From NCBI GenBank assembly GCA_934754375.1, contig CAKVHT010000002.1, forward strand, positions 11,257-75,256: DNA of 64,000 nt. Reading direction: 5' to 3'. The number at the start of each line of letters is the position of its first letter. The first letter of the stretch is position 1. This stretch comes from an uncultured Clostridia bacterium (GTDB lineage Bacteria; Bacillota; Clostridia; Christensenellales; UBA1242). The position numbers were made by a program, and so were the translations under genes. The notes under the pieces are model-generated. The model worked only from the letters and a program-made list of their open reading frames with translations, did no database searches and was not told the DNA's origin. This document shows positions 22,601 to 27,507 of this stretch, one piece after another.

Positions 22601-24704
22601 TTTCTGAACTTATTTTGAAGATGTTTTGACCTTCTGTTCTCATCACAAACTCATCAGTTGAAGCAACATATACACTTTGCACTGTAAAACTTGATTCAAA
22701 CAACGCAGTGTTGCCAGTTTTGCCTGCAAAAATCGTTACCAATGCAGTATCTTTTGCCTGTGTTGCTTTAAGAGGAATACAATATGTCTCATAATATTCA
22801 CCATTTGAACCCACTGCAGTTTTGAATGCAACTTGTGAGATGCCTGCACTTGTAATATCTTTTTTCAAGTTAATGCTGGTTGCACCATTTTTAAATGCAA
22901 ATCTTGATGTTGTAGGCAATGTTAAGTCAATTGTATCGGTTGCCAAACTATTGCCAGTATAATAAATGCGCAAATAGAAATTTGTTTCATTTTCAGCATT
23001 TGTTAAAATAGTTTTATCAACAAAATTTTCAATACCTGTTGATGATGTTAAAACTTCAAATCTGTTTGCGGTTACCACTTTTTTAACATCTAAAGTATAA
23101 GCATCTACATATCCAGCGGTAGAATCGTCAACCTTTTTGTAAGTGGTAAAACTGATTGATTCGCCGTCAGCTGATTCAATAGAATTTTGCTTGAATGTTA
23201 CATTGATGTTGGAGCCATTCATCACAGCCATAGTGTAGGTTTTGCCAGCGATTGTTTGTGCTTGGCTCAACTGCATAATGCTTCTACCTGTAACATTAAG
23301 GTTTGAGGTTGCTGAAATAAGCACCAAATGGCTTTCGTTATCGTTAGGTGCAACATCAACCAATAGATTTAAGCCGTTTTGCGAAACACTGCTGTTTGCC
23401 GTAACAAAAATCTTGCCTTCCTTATATGTGTCGTTTGTTTCGCCATTAAGTGTAATGTCTTTAATAATACTGCGTTTTGTGATATTTAAACTTGCAGAAT
23501 AAAGTTGTTCATCTATAACATAATCCAAACCAAGAACTTTAAGTTCAAATCTAATTGTGTTCCTTGGATAGGTTAAATAAGATTTTTCGTCTGCAGTTAT
23601 TTCATACATAAATGCTTTGTCTTTTTCTGTTTGTAAAGGTTGAATGCGTATGCCATTGTAATCAGCATAACTATCCATATCAACCAATTTTTCGTCAACA
23701 TAAACATTTAAACCGTATTTAGCGGTGTCTCCGTTTGCGGTTGTAACACCTTTTATGTATTTACTTTCAATTGTACCAATGCCAACATCAACAACCAATT
23801 TATATTCTTTATTTTCGCTGTCATCGTTTACATACAAGGTTTTTTGTTCAAGCTTTGTTGTTTTGCCAGTTTCACTTACAACTGGTGCATCAACATTTGA
23901 AAGTGATTCAATAACATACACATCAAACGTTGTGCTTTTTTCGTTTTCATTTTTGTAGAATTTTGAAGTGGCTTTAAGTTTAACAACAGGGTTTGTATTT
24001 GCATCAAAATTACTTTTAATTGTCAAACTGCCGTCTTTTGCAAGTTCAACATATTGAAGGGCTGATGCTGAATTGCGTGTTTCTTTCCATTGTCCATTGT
24101 CATAATATCCAAGCCCAACAATGCTAAAATCCACAGCTGTTTGGTTAGTTCCAACAGGTGAGAACAACAATGCACTTTGACTTTCATTAGCTGAAGAAAG
24201 GTTGTTCAAGTTTACAGTTTTGCCAACTACAAGTGCAGGTTTAAAATCTGTATTTGTTGTTATGGTTTGCAAACTTTCAAAGATGTTTAATTTTAAGCTT
24301 GTTTCTTTGCCAGATTTGGTTTCGTAAATGCGAATAGAAGATTGCATTGCACCTTGAACTTTGATTGTAAACACTTTGTCCTGCTTCACAATTTGAGATG
24401 ATGAAGAATTGCTGTCGTAGATAATCAAATCATCAATATATTTTGCCTTAACATTTTTGATATTGATTTTAAACACAAGGTTGCTTTGCTTGTTTTGAAT
24501 TACCAGCTTATCCTGACTGTCGCCAAAATTCAATGAAAGATTTTGACCAGCATCATACCATTGGCCAATCACTCCTTTGTCGTCAGCAAACGCATACTGA
24601 ACTGAAAATTCCATGTCCTTGTATCTGTTGCCACATGCAGACAAAAATCCGCAGGACAAAACCACGATAAGAACCATAAGCATATTTAAAAATCTTTTCT
24701 TCAT
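4668..24704 (-). CDS. Giant surface lipoprotein (6,678 aa) with multiple GLUG-like repeat cassettes, an embedded TM/glycine-zipper region and a Tyr/Asn-rich C-terminal domain
   Basis: Single uninterrupted ORF. SD AAGGTGAGGGG. Signal MKKRFLNMLMVLIVVLSCGFLSAC|GN (lipobox). More than 45 G-G-[LIV]-[VIA]-G type repeats such as YIGGLAG, NVGGLVG and NIGGLIG. Hydrophobic segments at nt ~6835-7092. Has its own promoter and terminator. Confidence 0.9.
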   Translation of the reverse strand: MKKRFLNMLMVLIVVLSCGFLSACGNRYKDMEFSVQYAFADDKGVIGQWYDAGQNLSLNFGDSQDKLVIQNKQSNLVFKINIKNVKAKYIDDLIIYDSNSSSSQIVKQDKVFTIKVQGAMQSSIRIYETKSGKETSLKLNIFESLQTITTNTDFKPALVVGKTVNLNNLSSANESQSALLFSPVGTNQTAVDFSIVGLGYYDNGQWKETRNSASALQYVELAKDGSLTIKSNFDANTNPVVKLKATSKFYKNENEKSTTFDVYVIESLSNVDAPVVSETGKTTKLEQKTLYVNDDSENKEYKLVVDVGIGTIESKYIKGVTTANGDTAKYGLNVYVDEKLVDMDSYADYNGIRIQPLQTEKDKAFMYEITADEKSYLTYPRNTIRFELKVLGLDYVIDEQLYSASLNITKRSIIKDITLNGETNDTYKEGKIFVTANSSVSQNGLNLLVDVAPNDNESHLVLISATSNLNVTGRSIMQLSQAQTIAGKTYTMAVMNGSNINVTFKQNSIESADGESISFTTYKKVDDSTAGYVDAYTLDVKKVVTANRFEVLTSSTGIENFVDKTILTNAENETNFYLRIYYTGNSLATDTIDLTLPTTSRFAFKNGATSINLKKDITSAGISQVAFKTAVGSNGEYYETYCIPLKATQAKDTALVTIFAGKTGNTALFESSFTVQSVYVASTDEFVMRTEGQNIFKISSESETSLDRYAIVNNYNLKSELHFGQMVSGLFNQFSIANVELVRSGKDDSTDFSASAVDYLALGKTGSVNKYQIWGVQGSKTTHFTATIIYYVQENGVISTTSVTKEFEIAVYNSISSIDMNFASGSSNEIVYINRYYESAASSTIKFDSKSFIATPSQSVKFGANGNEEIVEDINKLKLSVTGDYRSIKIYLGSDEILLDNNGTAVDEHGNRIYLSALTGNLTVKLIKKPETSQQFVTINLTAVSFGTELAVSKAITINFGSYVQSDDIALSGEALTSENNTININMSFLNVADGGVATSNFNATVVYNQLVATKYDDLDYILYEILQDEDGNPILDGNKQYTAVELSKAENRLNITITKLTGLVSIGANKSLGGGMFKLRLVALDSYDESTNKYTNFRDVFITITDGSTKARYKISSADDFRNIANNLNAHYVLTKDIVVTNHTTFDSFSGSISGKYVQFNDVGGVVETKRNLTVTISRSSTATDNVYYGLFTKLTGNASITDLNLNIQFEDYLKPTSTDSGKSLYIGGLAGVIESNVKISNVQFEIDFSGLTFSRNSISTDVYLGGVAGEMANNFNLANSKVTTKGAVYTAFNATNKYLYLGAVAGRLTGSIVGSYRQASDLEKLAYNVGMDIAVTNADLDVTLVNRVENNVLIGGIAGESASNAVIKGFVTMGQINVNGLKATGYLSGLVGKSASTTIVDIVMLGVNLTASSQNLKLAGAVGEATATTLTSVKFMSFKLEDGIDAGIKLDENKAYGIISNNLGVVAGLVANANSATISLSSVENYVKDKTFSSLTAKQVYGLVCVSESASSVQLETSYINANIAADSSVTSYLISNSTAENCYFIGRFSGNRIATTGSVYTAVYDDSTLFVNDNPVDFDRLSTTEQNQLETGVSGEMWKVEQSFNTLAVNGYVFYLPYLVDNFTLIPTDITTILNQQTIKDINSLYVGDYTKNEDTDKKDELNNIIKHGITETAIVNYYNDINNPLNNINLNTHIIDDLVNLTKVPNSLNTIGAIVYKIIKGADYASIVNNNEIYFKGTSNQDYILIKAYSLFNPDACDYFLIYTQNWYSDIVLEADNLQAVGTGNTTYQLSTYKGVQNLEIDLDTINTRQNDSTNYKSLFDVDNISEFVEILATIQDAESSVLTISKNPNLFNRFVLNSTDTEISGTKTETIIFTTKFNLTKFFGTEIYPQQDGVDQYLTLATKQINVNISETATALEFSTDHLEGESSESYVVTATLTTGYVDSENPEVDAFVKPVSTNNIVEFDEENHDSLIMNFSVIDGTDEYSRLLKQSGKTTIPELFDIEVFNNFNETNKTYTYNIAMQLKNSYNTRYLTSEISFAIKIYAKTNPSIDGGTTVQLTIRPSTLSSSVVINNYAASSAEAMGNYTYLITSSQVETANITPGGNGGVLTVRMQPSYAHIKQVSLKSSELYVPSLNEKVKIRFEQIVYHTGLGKYISISPSCAQTEDGMGVYLELASATTDGVSYTFDGTIYVHVVLDKKFSGLADEIRLTLDVTNADDTHIVKTKSLVTDYLPGVDLSYDEDYKITAKVNGEDTQGYLIQQNTTNNIVTLKIYGYQFNANPVVNITDLKGNSLGLDVDYQWLDKYSELKANSDGSYSMRLQLALRNSLSKPFKVVVGMSLISNTEIKTEDSSINFFPTDYILNKDNTSFDFGSTLNLAINQARDLTFDFATNDNNIDFSNEIYNVILSNIKNQILASAENQTLTEEQLKTKVFQKLMSMFTYKVDDSGITSSFDVENDYFEVFTTNYGSGSEAITNLRIKAKGKFKTSVQFKINYNYAYDETTGVCKLVFGSQDTTMLPHVLTINFDMNFYTATTRQDAFAISQADQMFDADGNCILGEGQNYVLTNDIVVEIAKPISTAIASLDGNNKKIIIKNFVVSNDASENAGYYGLFATVSENTLLYNLVVDYSQFNASQNGQLVLAYENLNNVVFGGLAAVNNGLIYNCDVINASSSSTKVVNILINNNAETSITFGGLVGVNNGTITNSRVGTSEFTKIIANDNSQTSYTEYFKPLNFVLGNRTLNQGQGFKSITGGFVGINSSNSAISSSYVANTSLYTYSTNSDSKLAGFVAENSGKISYSYVKGIETTITNENPFSTGAKIEAHADGNIAGFVYDNMSGANINNSFANIELVSKSAFMAGFVFRNNSGAKVSQCYSACTFANANSDTTLQITPEQPFVGADTTGSLSNGELENCYWYKDTNKQQFVVAETDGKPTATGLNATNFADTNNLVNFVFVLSNSKNDRDQGIWSFYDNRGNAVKLPELTIANNVAYSFRYESNNTDNADSTSKYTYATKFSLGSKNNPEIISSVQEFNDVFTNYGTSNNFAGYVRLIADIDFASDKAAIATRRQFTLGSKNNTNDTTYSSLDGNGMAINNIYLDVGEDKEEMVGLFAKINRAYIKNLNLHFSSGNFSTANSIYSGGLAGKITDSVIINISLDGVNTTIQGANMVGGLAGLIDGQSLIYGISSNLSVSTILSGTTELYSSTKNANSANNSYAQTVSYAGGIAGVIDVTTRSYSSGGEGYNLSYIYINDNAVDVNDNLKITADYAGGVAGYVGKSVKSVRVSFNVGSSNRIDGQYSAGGLYGASIGATMEASKVSALDTDEAQFKYDSTLAKYVLDMSKPLDKENIGNAGLIESYTYGGGLIGISVGSSIFSCYSKASFYAGKNIGGLIGVDVLSNNNFNYAVPFINFEGNMETVKTIGGLIGIAEDASSATFGQVYTNLGAKTGNSQNYTFSTILLENEAYKTFKQNLENQNITIDVKLNNFIGEDRVANHVISQVYVGEIAYSDLIVANSNIAGLTIKSMRNLYNLEVPEVQLSTYNSIFSIWDTKYWNLDTHSRYFPLLTDQRDENYEIIKDAQDFEKIKNNPTGSFKITDDVNMSNYKGGENFVFDFEFSGVLIGEKSDGSTPIVYNLNVKAPNNADAGLFRATSNATFRNIEFSWKKYGVGGEGNKVKIKNFAGFSGNDEKSKISAIMVTVGRINRTETDAVELFAHAGRDESVQYSSITGFAGLITTALGTNILNSSFSGQVSADIDLTNSTKTENFVGGLVGYGNTDIEDIENTMSIINSSVGTLQNTSFNFKVSGNKQLDVGLLAGALKMTAVSGNSIGSLTSSVVSKNIDLNIVLNNFTNSVSVSMYASGMIGVVEDCNVEDNVSFHTIKVSEQSGISNKNANLYLAGLVGKYLLSAEDTGRKIVNCDVSSNIISTVSSASSTTASAGIALVETVNNVYIEQCLFTGSISTVGNANVGGTIGYAYKSTGKTKINLDQIVSSVDISSKFGKLQSEETETAYIGGLVGRVDGSLILSNSINLGKITPSAEGNVNYYIGGLAGSTENVVLATGSYSFSLSSILANGLKGETITQVLPSANNTTTFRKMGALFGFINSTKVGQSSNYNMFVGEASTSNFYQTNADKNSLTSDLFYSTDMALQPEDTMLGTNLSAGTLINSMSYQTKVLESGVWSNTASNTSNVPYITSMRTSMRQFEIFENATDDYKSGLVANPKRVYTGSDQVMYYLVGDNFNIANTFTGIAVGNGNVIKTGNAFYINNLGDSSSSNGNSAISNIHIKYENFDVTRPLVNVNFGTIFNCSIIGSINSVANTSADGKGTGLIVNDNNGLISYCFNSADTTTQNQTGAIALNNNATIVSSYFTGSITVKNNSKYGYAFAENVSSDAYIYNCYSAGNIDKINFSSFVGVDLNNGGNNIIDKLATPSDAGIDQADLNKTNLTVSSTFDLMNATNLDGNWHTAISGKKLDLTDGSMFGYNYNYPIYDFNQYTSVIEGSLNKAFVTQYSRQTGRGLNNTDDWFEVPHLGVLNSIQGVIANDTGANRYYKITRKIDGGIYEQHNKVDTVNWYAVGVNDETLGFAASTNGFTGTIDAGYLDSANKVKSYSISNLSVNGLFTNIKNAVYNNIKFEGLFERMSGSGALGVEVNGTVLVTNVDVGDLTVSGTDVSILFGTMRAGSIQIGDFVDENTVKGVDTIGTTQYSSGMSKLIATHSGNYGFVLSKMIAGTISIYDEEIHITNEFDNGVASTEDHTTTGGLVGSVENGTIESKGKTTLFITSASYDVFGGLIGEVASESTNGVAVSNFHVKFENDTFMANQFGGFVGVVNNTITINQCTIEDQSIVIAFVNGDNRFFGLLAGKITGSGKLNFNGKLELRSQLIIQATTAAQVNETTQGFGSLVGNLSTTDKGGITVEKDALTYFQPTLIVTGSSFNIGGLIGYYKGGTIGIPKPRNITLQGSYNVGGAIGFADAPIECTSIDGWSFMSGLGDGTGADKNSFATIKSTTLVTNGGNWGGLIGKASANCEINGFINFNKITFDRGLYKDGSGLFKNIGGIVGYTDGRIVGAINKADIIVQDLFDNERDNNDNELTYNTFTTGKETEKEDITISTKPINVGGIAGMSGAGSFVIGCENQANIKGYQSVGGLVGYATGFVGFNSYSVKDLYIGENVKYYTFNEAINKYELITDYESLTEDSICYGTSLVGGYKIIGTINVGGAVGYLAENAQIRGVDVLADVRGNTNVGGLVGLTANGAVVTNNSVLNSDATNEKANVKGILFFNLINVERFDGTEILDSYYVLPTSIGGLIGSTEANTVRIEDSIVKAKIETVNEGETASINSYGFNEGRVKNQGSNVISTVSNFMFAKVTASAKNEINFLDLSLSDEASKKGNVQFNDIKSGVGGLIGTTSTKTALYGSEDNRSISTNHINVTINAPLGVNVGLHYGYYRVISGDKLNIELPVLDAETSVSGAYNIGGAIGCFKSDSQTSNFEFEYKPNFNVSVQPTGSGMYVGGVFGKVVENINALTTNENITIFTGNSYYIGGLVGRLEGNMNGVTTVGSETTYNVDATNVKFSGDAVTNVGGLVGMLKVTSTSGETITVKGKHNKAFTINTIENQNYDNGGATYKAVTDSTNNTVTIYAIARYVNKDKFEISPSQNTNNLDHNPLYSDKIKASDGKLYYTHPGWHISYTGFKSMQRFIPMEKNNGAEWDSIASIYDASKINAVKSVTEEGSGYTKDEKGQILYTIYEDYENVPTIYTKFGWGQIFHNENGNIVKPDTKFKQGYNESYITIKNFYYLDESITDQENPKYGSKKLYDEIYFEYKVKYQESKQAESGSIFEVNGFGSSDYKGILATKQDEAARIKLAIWQSLLVAADAAMVIGLLGSIVSGGTTGVAGAGLAATAKIGAKMGAKEFAKAFLKGALKNLLKTTVIKKLLITFAIGYGVNVIAKEQMMTYYNTGTIVQNLEGEVGYLSNMYYRDISLDKDNETKAVADKVKVIDGQPYHLYSSSRPLDYYSNYWMVINKTNGAVEFFSMDTSQDTIIQTLKDKWGADSNISSTDILRTCVYSEGYYWKHSFTATTTEIQANMIESSYYANNLGVEMPYVTFNNYAYVYGEYNPSTGTYSFATNRDDGNKVEYSNGIYSLNRVELTNNASSIAPVVTETLSYSKSTLSSEKKSKLILGYDYFEGAYYAVAGNNKMPSKRARFVYNENYDSTGKTINVDYVIRTFEKVEYIEDQTANYYKNGSGYYVLDLIYQTRYVQNPDGTYTQNNAGNYYYDGDNYIILPTEYQTRYRQSITEIPEACYEISYIADDQNGLDDVNSAYSDKRYIDMDIYPYSFKNPYSSMFTGNAKDNETYEYQTDANHPGVVKYQVSYYLWEGGYELTSDNKVMTVFNQEIYASNYRSKTTNGNKKWKIPDVKTETFYFSDGLVDYQIEFDNGTKMTLADIYDVNTSTGDINYKSTIKGMSIDEFKKLEYDGYNFCDYYRLKVDSIGYIKIDINVKGGNEYINGTYTKGFNDEGKINATKYVMYRIDSKYTLSAEEGCDVETIHEVILTVKDENHQINDNKYCNISGDIKFYTRYMFDSGLFGKISGITFGNSNAFIDMVDALISNPLIETQKFSFYSEKLFNTGETFYLLQQNGGYSTKFSEAVTVVMKSRNGEGGSITIQ

Positions 24705-24750
24705 AACCCCTCACCTTAATTTGCTCTAATTCTACATAATTATTAATTTT

Positions 24751-24780
24751 ATTATATAAAATTATATAGGGATAAGTCAA
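24751..24780 (-). promoter_or_regulatory. Sigma-A-type promoter of the giant gene
   Basis: The minus strand reads TTGACT (24775-24780), an 18-nt spacer, then TATAAT (24751-24756). This lies about 45 nt upstream of the ATG. Confidence 0.55.
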
Positions 24781-24883
24781 ATAAATGAATTTAAATATAA
24801 TAAATTAAAAAATGTTACAAAAATCTATTTTTAAGTATTTTATAATTGGATTTAAAATTAAAAAATTATTAAAAAATCAATTA

Positions 24884-24957
24884 TTTTGCGATTTTTTATT
24901 GATTTTTTATGGATTTTTATCATATTTAATTTATTTTTTGTAAATTTATATTTTTTT
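24884..24957. repeat. Helically phased T-tract (minus-strand A-tract) array
   Basis: T3-T7 tracts start at 24884, 24892, 24903, 24914, 24925, 24934, 24945 and 24951. Spacing is mostly 9-11 bp. Confidence 0.7.
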
Positions 24958-25139
24958 ATTTAACATCTCACCTTATTGTTTTTTAAGATATAAAAAGTTT
25001 TCAGTTTAACAACTTACAAAAACAAGCGGTTGAACAGCACTATAATCGGCAAGCAGATACTGACAACAAAAAACAATTTTTTACAAATTTTGACATATTC
25101 CCACATCTTGGGCAATAGATTGAAGTTAAGGAGACAATC

Positions 25140-25442
25140 ATGAAAACTGAAATCTATTCTCGTCCAGTTGATTTAGCGAACTATTTGCTTGAACAACATA
25201 CTACTATACGTGCAACAGCAAAAGAATACGGGTTACCAAAAAGTACAGTACACCACGATTTAAGCACAAAGTTAAAGTATATAAATTATTCACTTTACCT
25301 AAAAGTAAAAAAATTGCTTGACGAAAATTTTAGCGTCAAACACTTACATGGGGGCGAAAGCACAAAACAAAAATATTTAGCATTAAAAAATCAACCAAAT
25401 AAAAATGATGAATTTGATTGTGAGAATGAATGCTTTTTATAA
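25140..25442 (+). CDS. spoIIID: Stage III sporulation protein D (SpoIIID-type HTH regulator)
   Basis: 100 aa. IRATAKEYGLPKSTVHHDL and VKHLHGGESTKQKY closely parallel the B. subtilis SpoIIID motifs (VSKSTVHKDL, IRHLRGGEATK). SD AAGGAGA. Confidence 0.9.
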   Translation: MKTEIYSRPVDLANYLLEQHTTIRATAKEYGLPKSTVHHDLSTKLKYINYSLYLKVKKLLDENFSVKHLHGGESTKQKYLALKNQPNKNDEFDCENECFL

Positions 25443-25772
25443 AAAACATATTTAACAACATACATCTAGCATAATTTAAAATAAGTTAAATAAACTCAAA
25501 TAATTATATGTAAAATTAAAGTAAAAAAATTATATATAATTAATTATTTGATTATTTTAAAATAAAATTTTAGTTCGCTAATATAAATTAATTTGCTTTC
25601 CAATTAATTGCAATAAAAAGTATTTTAAAATCTTAACAAAACCGTATGTTATAGTATTTTAAAATATTTTTTGTTTTTATATTGAAATTTTAAATAAATT
25701 TAAATAAATCATATAAACTTATATATTTTTTAACATTTATAATAATTTTATTAAATTATTTTTAATTTTTTA

Positions 25773-26690
25773 TTATTTCAAAAAGCCTTCGATTATTTTT
25801 TCTTCCGCTTGTTTTTCCGTCAAACCAAGTGTCATAAGTTTTACAATTTGCTCACTTGCAATTTTGCCAATTGCCGCTTCATGCGAAAGGCTTGCTCGAT
25901 TATCAAATGCCGAAACCTGTGGCAAAGATGATATCCTTGAATTGTCCAAAACGATGCCATCACACTCAACATGCCCAAAACAAAGATTTTTGCCAATCAT
26001 ATTTGATTTAAACAACTGTTCACTTTCTCCCCTTGCAACACTTCTTGAAATGATATTGCATTTGCTATCTTTGCCTTTTAATTGAACTGTGAAATTTGTT
26101 TTAGCAATTTGGAAGCGGTCGGTTAAAATCTTTTCATTTATAATTAAGGTAGCATTCTCGCCAACAATTGCTTTTGTGACTCTGTTGGCAGAATCCACTC
26201 CACCGATTTGTGTTGTGTTTAACGTAACAGTTGAATTTTTGCCAATTTTCAATATTGTTGTTGGGTTTAGAATTTTATGCTGACCTTTACCAAGCCCCAA
26301 ATGATTTTCAACGTAGTTTACTGTTGCATTCTTGCCAACATGAAAGGTGTGAATTCCGTCATGCCCCGCATTTCCAGTTGAATGCACACCACACCCAGCA
26401 ACGATTGTAACAACCGCACCATCTTCAATATAGAAGTCATTATACACCATATCAAAAAGATCATTTTGATTTACCACAACAGGGATATGGCAAGCCTCGC
26501 CTTGACAAGACGAATGAATATAAACATTTATGCCGGGGGTGTCTGTCTTGCGTTCAATCTCAATATTTGCACTTGATTTAAGCATTTCGCTTTTGCCATT
26601 AACCCTTATAGAAACCGCACCAGCAGGTATTTCATGCAAATTTGCCACTTGTGCCAAAATGTTTTTGGAAATATTATCTAGTTTCATCAT
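25773..26690 (-). CDS. SufB/SufD-family Fe-S cluster assembly protein (short form, ~305 aa)
   Basis: C-terminal SufBD-type sequence LSHEAAIGKIASEQIVKLMTLGLTEKQAEEKIIEGF. ATG at 26690 is preceded by GAGGAGG. The track start at 26702 is a TTG inside the RBS. Overlaps the sufC stop. Confidence 0.8.
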   Translation of the reverse strand: MMKLDNISKNILAQVANLHEIPAGAVSIRVNGKSEMLKSSANIEIERKTDTPGINVYIHSSCQGEACHIPVVVNQNDLFDMVYNDFYIEDGAVVTIVAGCGVHSTGNAGHDGIHTFHVGKNATVNYVENHLGLGKGQHKILNPTTILKIGKNSTVTLNTTQIGGVDSANRVTKAIVGENATLIINEKILTDRFQIAKTNFTVQLKGKDSKCNIISRSVARGESEQLFKSNMIGKNLCFGHVECDGIVLDNSRISSLPQVSAFDNRASLSHEAAIGKIASEQIVKLMTLGLTEKQAEEKIIEGFLK

Positions 26691-27390
26691 CTGCCTCCTC
26701 AATTTTGTTACATGTCAATTTGCCCATGTTTTTAAGCACTTCTTGGCTTGTGCCTGCGTCACTGATTTTGCCTTTGTTCATCACAATAATTTCATCTGCA
26801 CGTTCAAGCAACCTTGTTTGGTGGCTTACAACAATATATGATTTGTTTTTTTCAAAAACACTGCTTAATTTACCAAAACTCCAAAGGTCAATTCCTGCTT
26901 CAGGCTCATCAAAAATCACTGTATTGCCTTTTTTTGCCAGTGCAAGCGCCAATTCAACACGTTTTTGCTCGCCACCCGACAATGTTTTGTCAAAATCACG
27001 ATTAATATAATCTCTTGCACAAATGCCTACTTTTGAAAGATATTCACAAGCGGTTGGAATACTGTTATTGCATTGCGTTGCGATATCAATCATATCTTTA
27101 ATTGTAAGCCCTTTAAACACAACAGGTTGTTGAAAAGCATAATTTACTCCCAAATTTGCACGTTCATCAATCGTCAAATTTGTTATGTCCATGCCATTCA
27201 AAATCACTTTGCCAGATGTCGGTTTAACAATGCCCATGATTATTTTTGTCAATGTAGATTTCCCGCTGCCATTATGTCCCGTGATTGCTGTTATGCAGTT
27301 ATCTTTAAATGTGTATGAAAAATTGTCAAGAATGGTTTTCTTTTCTTTGCCATTTTTAACAATATAACTAATATTTTTAAGTTCCAGCAT
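26674..27390 (-). CDS. sufC: SufC-type ABC ATPase
   Basis: Walker A GHNGSGKST, signature LSGGEQKR, Walker B VIFDEPE. Paired with the SufBD-like gene. SD GAGGAGA. Confidence 0.88.
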   Translation of the reverse strand: MLELKNISYIVKNGKEKKTILDNFSYTFKDNCITAITGHNGSGKSTLTKIIMGIVKPTSGKVILNGMDITNLTIDERANLGVNYAFQQPVVFKGLTIKDMIDIATQCNNSIPTACEYLSKVGICARDYINRDFDKTLSGGEQKRVELALALAKKGNTVIFDEPEAGIDLWSFGKLSSVFEKNKSYIVVSHQTRLLERADEIIVMNKGKISDAGTSQEVLKNMGKLTCNKIEEADDETR

Positions 27391-27477
27391 TAAAATCTCC
27401 TCGTTTAAAGTGTAGCATAACCATATAAAAAAATCAATTTATTGCATCACACTTAAATCTGTTTATTATTACCACAA

Positions 27478-27507
27478 TAAAAAAAGGAATAGTTACAAAA
27501 CTATGCC
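27478..27507 (-). terminator. Rho-independent terminator ending the SipW operon
   Basis: The minus strand reads GGCATAGTT-TTGT-AACTATTCC (one mismatch) followed by TTTTTTT. The TAG stop of the 259-aa gene lies inside the stem. Confidence 0.7.

Noticed and set aside
4668-24704. About 35 antisense or out-of-frame ORFs of 60-176 aa in the six-frame track inside the giant gene (for example 12838-13368 +, 5736-6149 +, 15869-16234 -), and similar ORFs inside the 3,012-aa gene and other long genes
   Set aside because: They lie entirely within long ORFs that have clear protein-like repeat architecture. They lack an SD or promoter. Their translations are low-complexity mirror images of the GGT/ACC-rich repeat codons. 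They are shadow ORFs.
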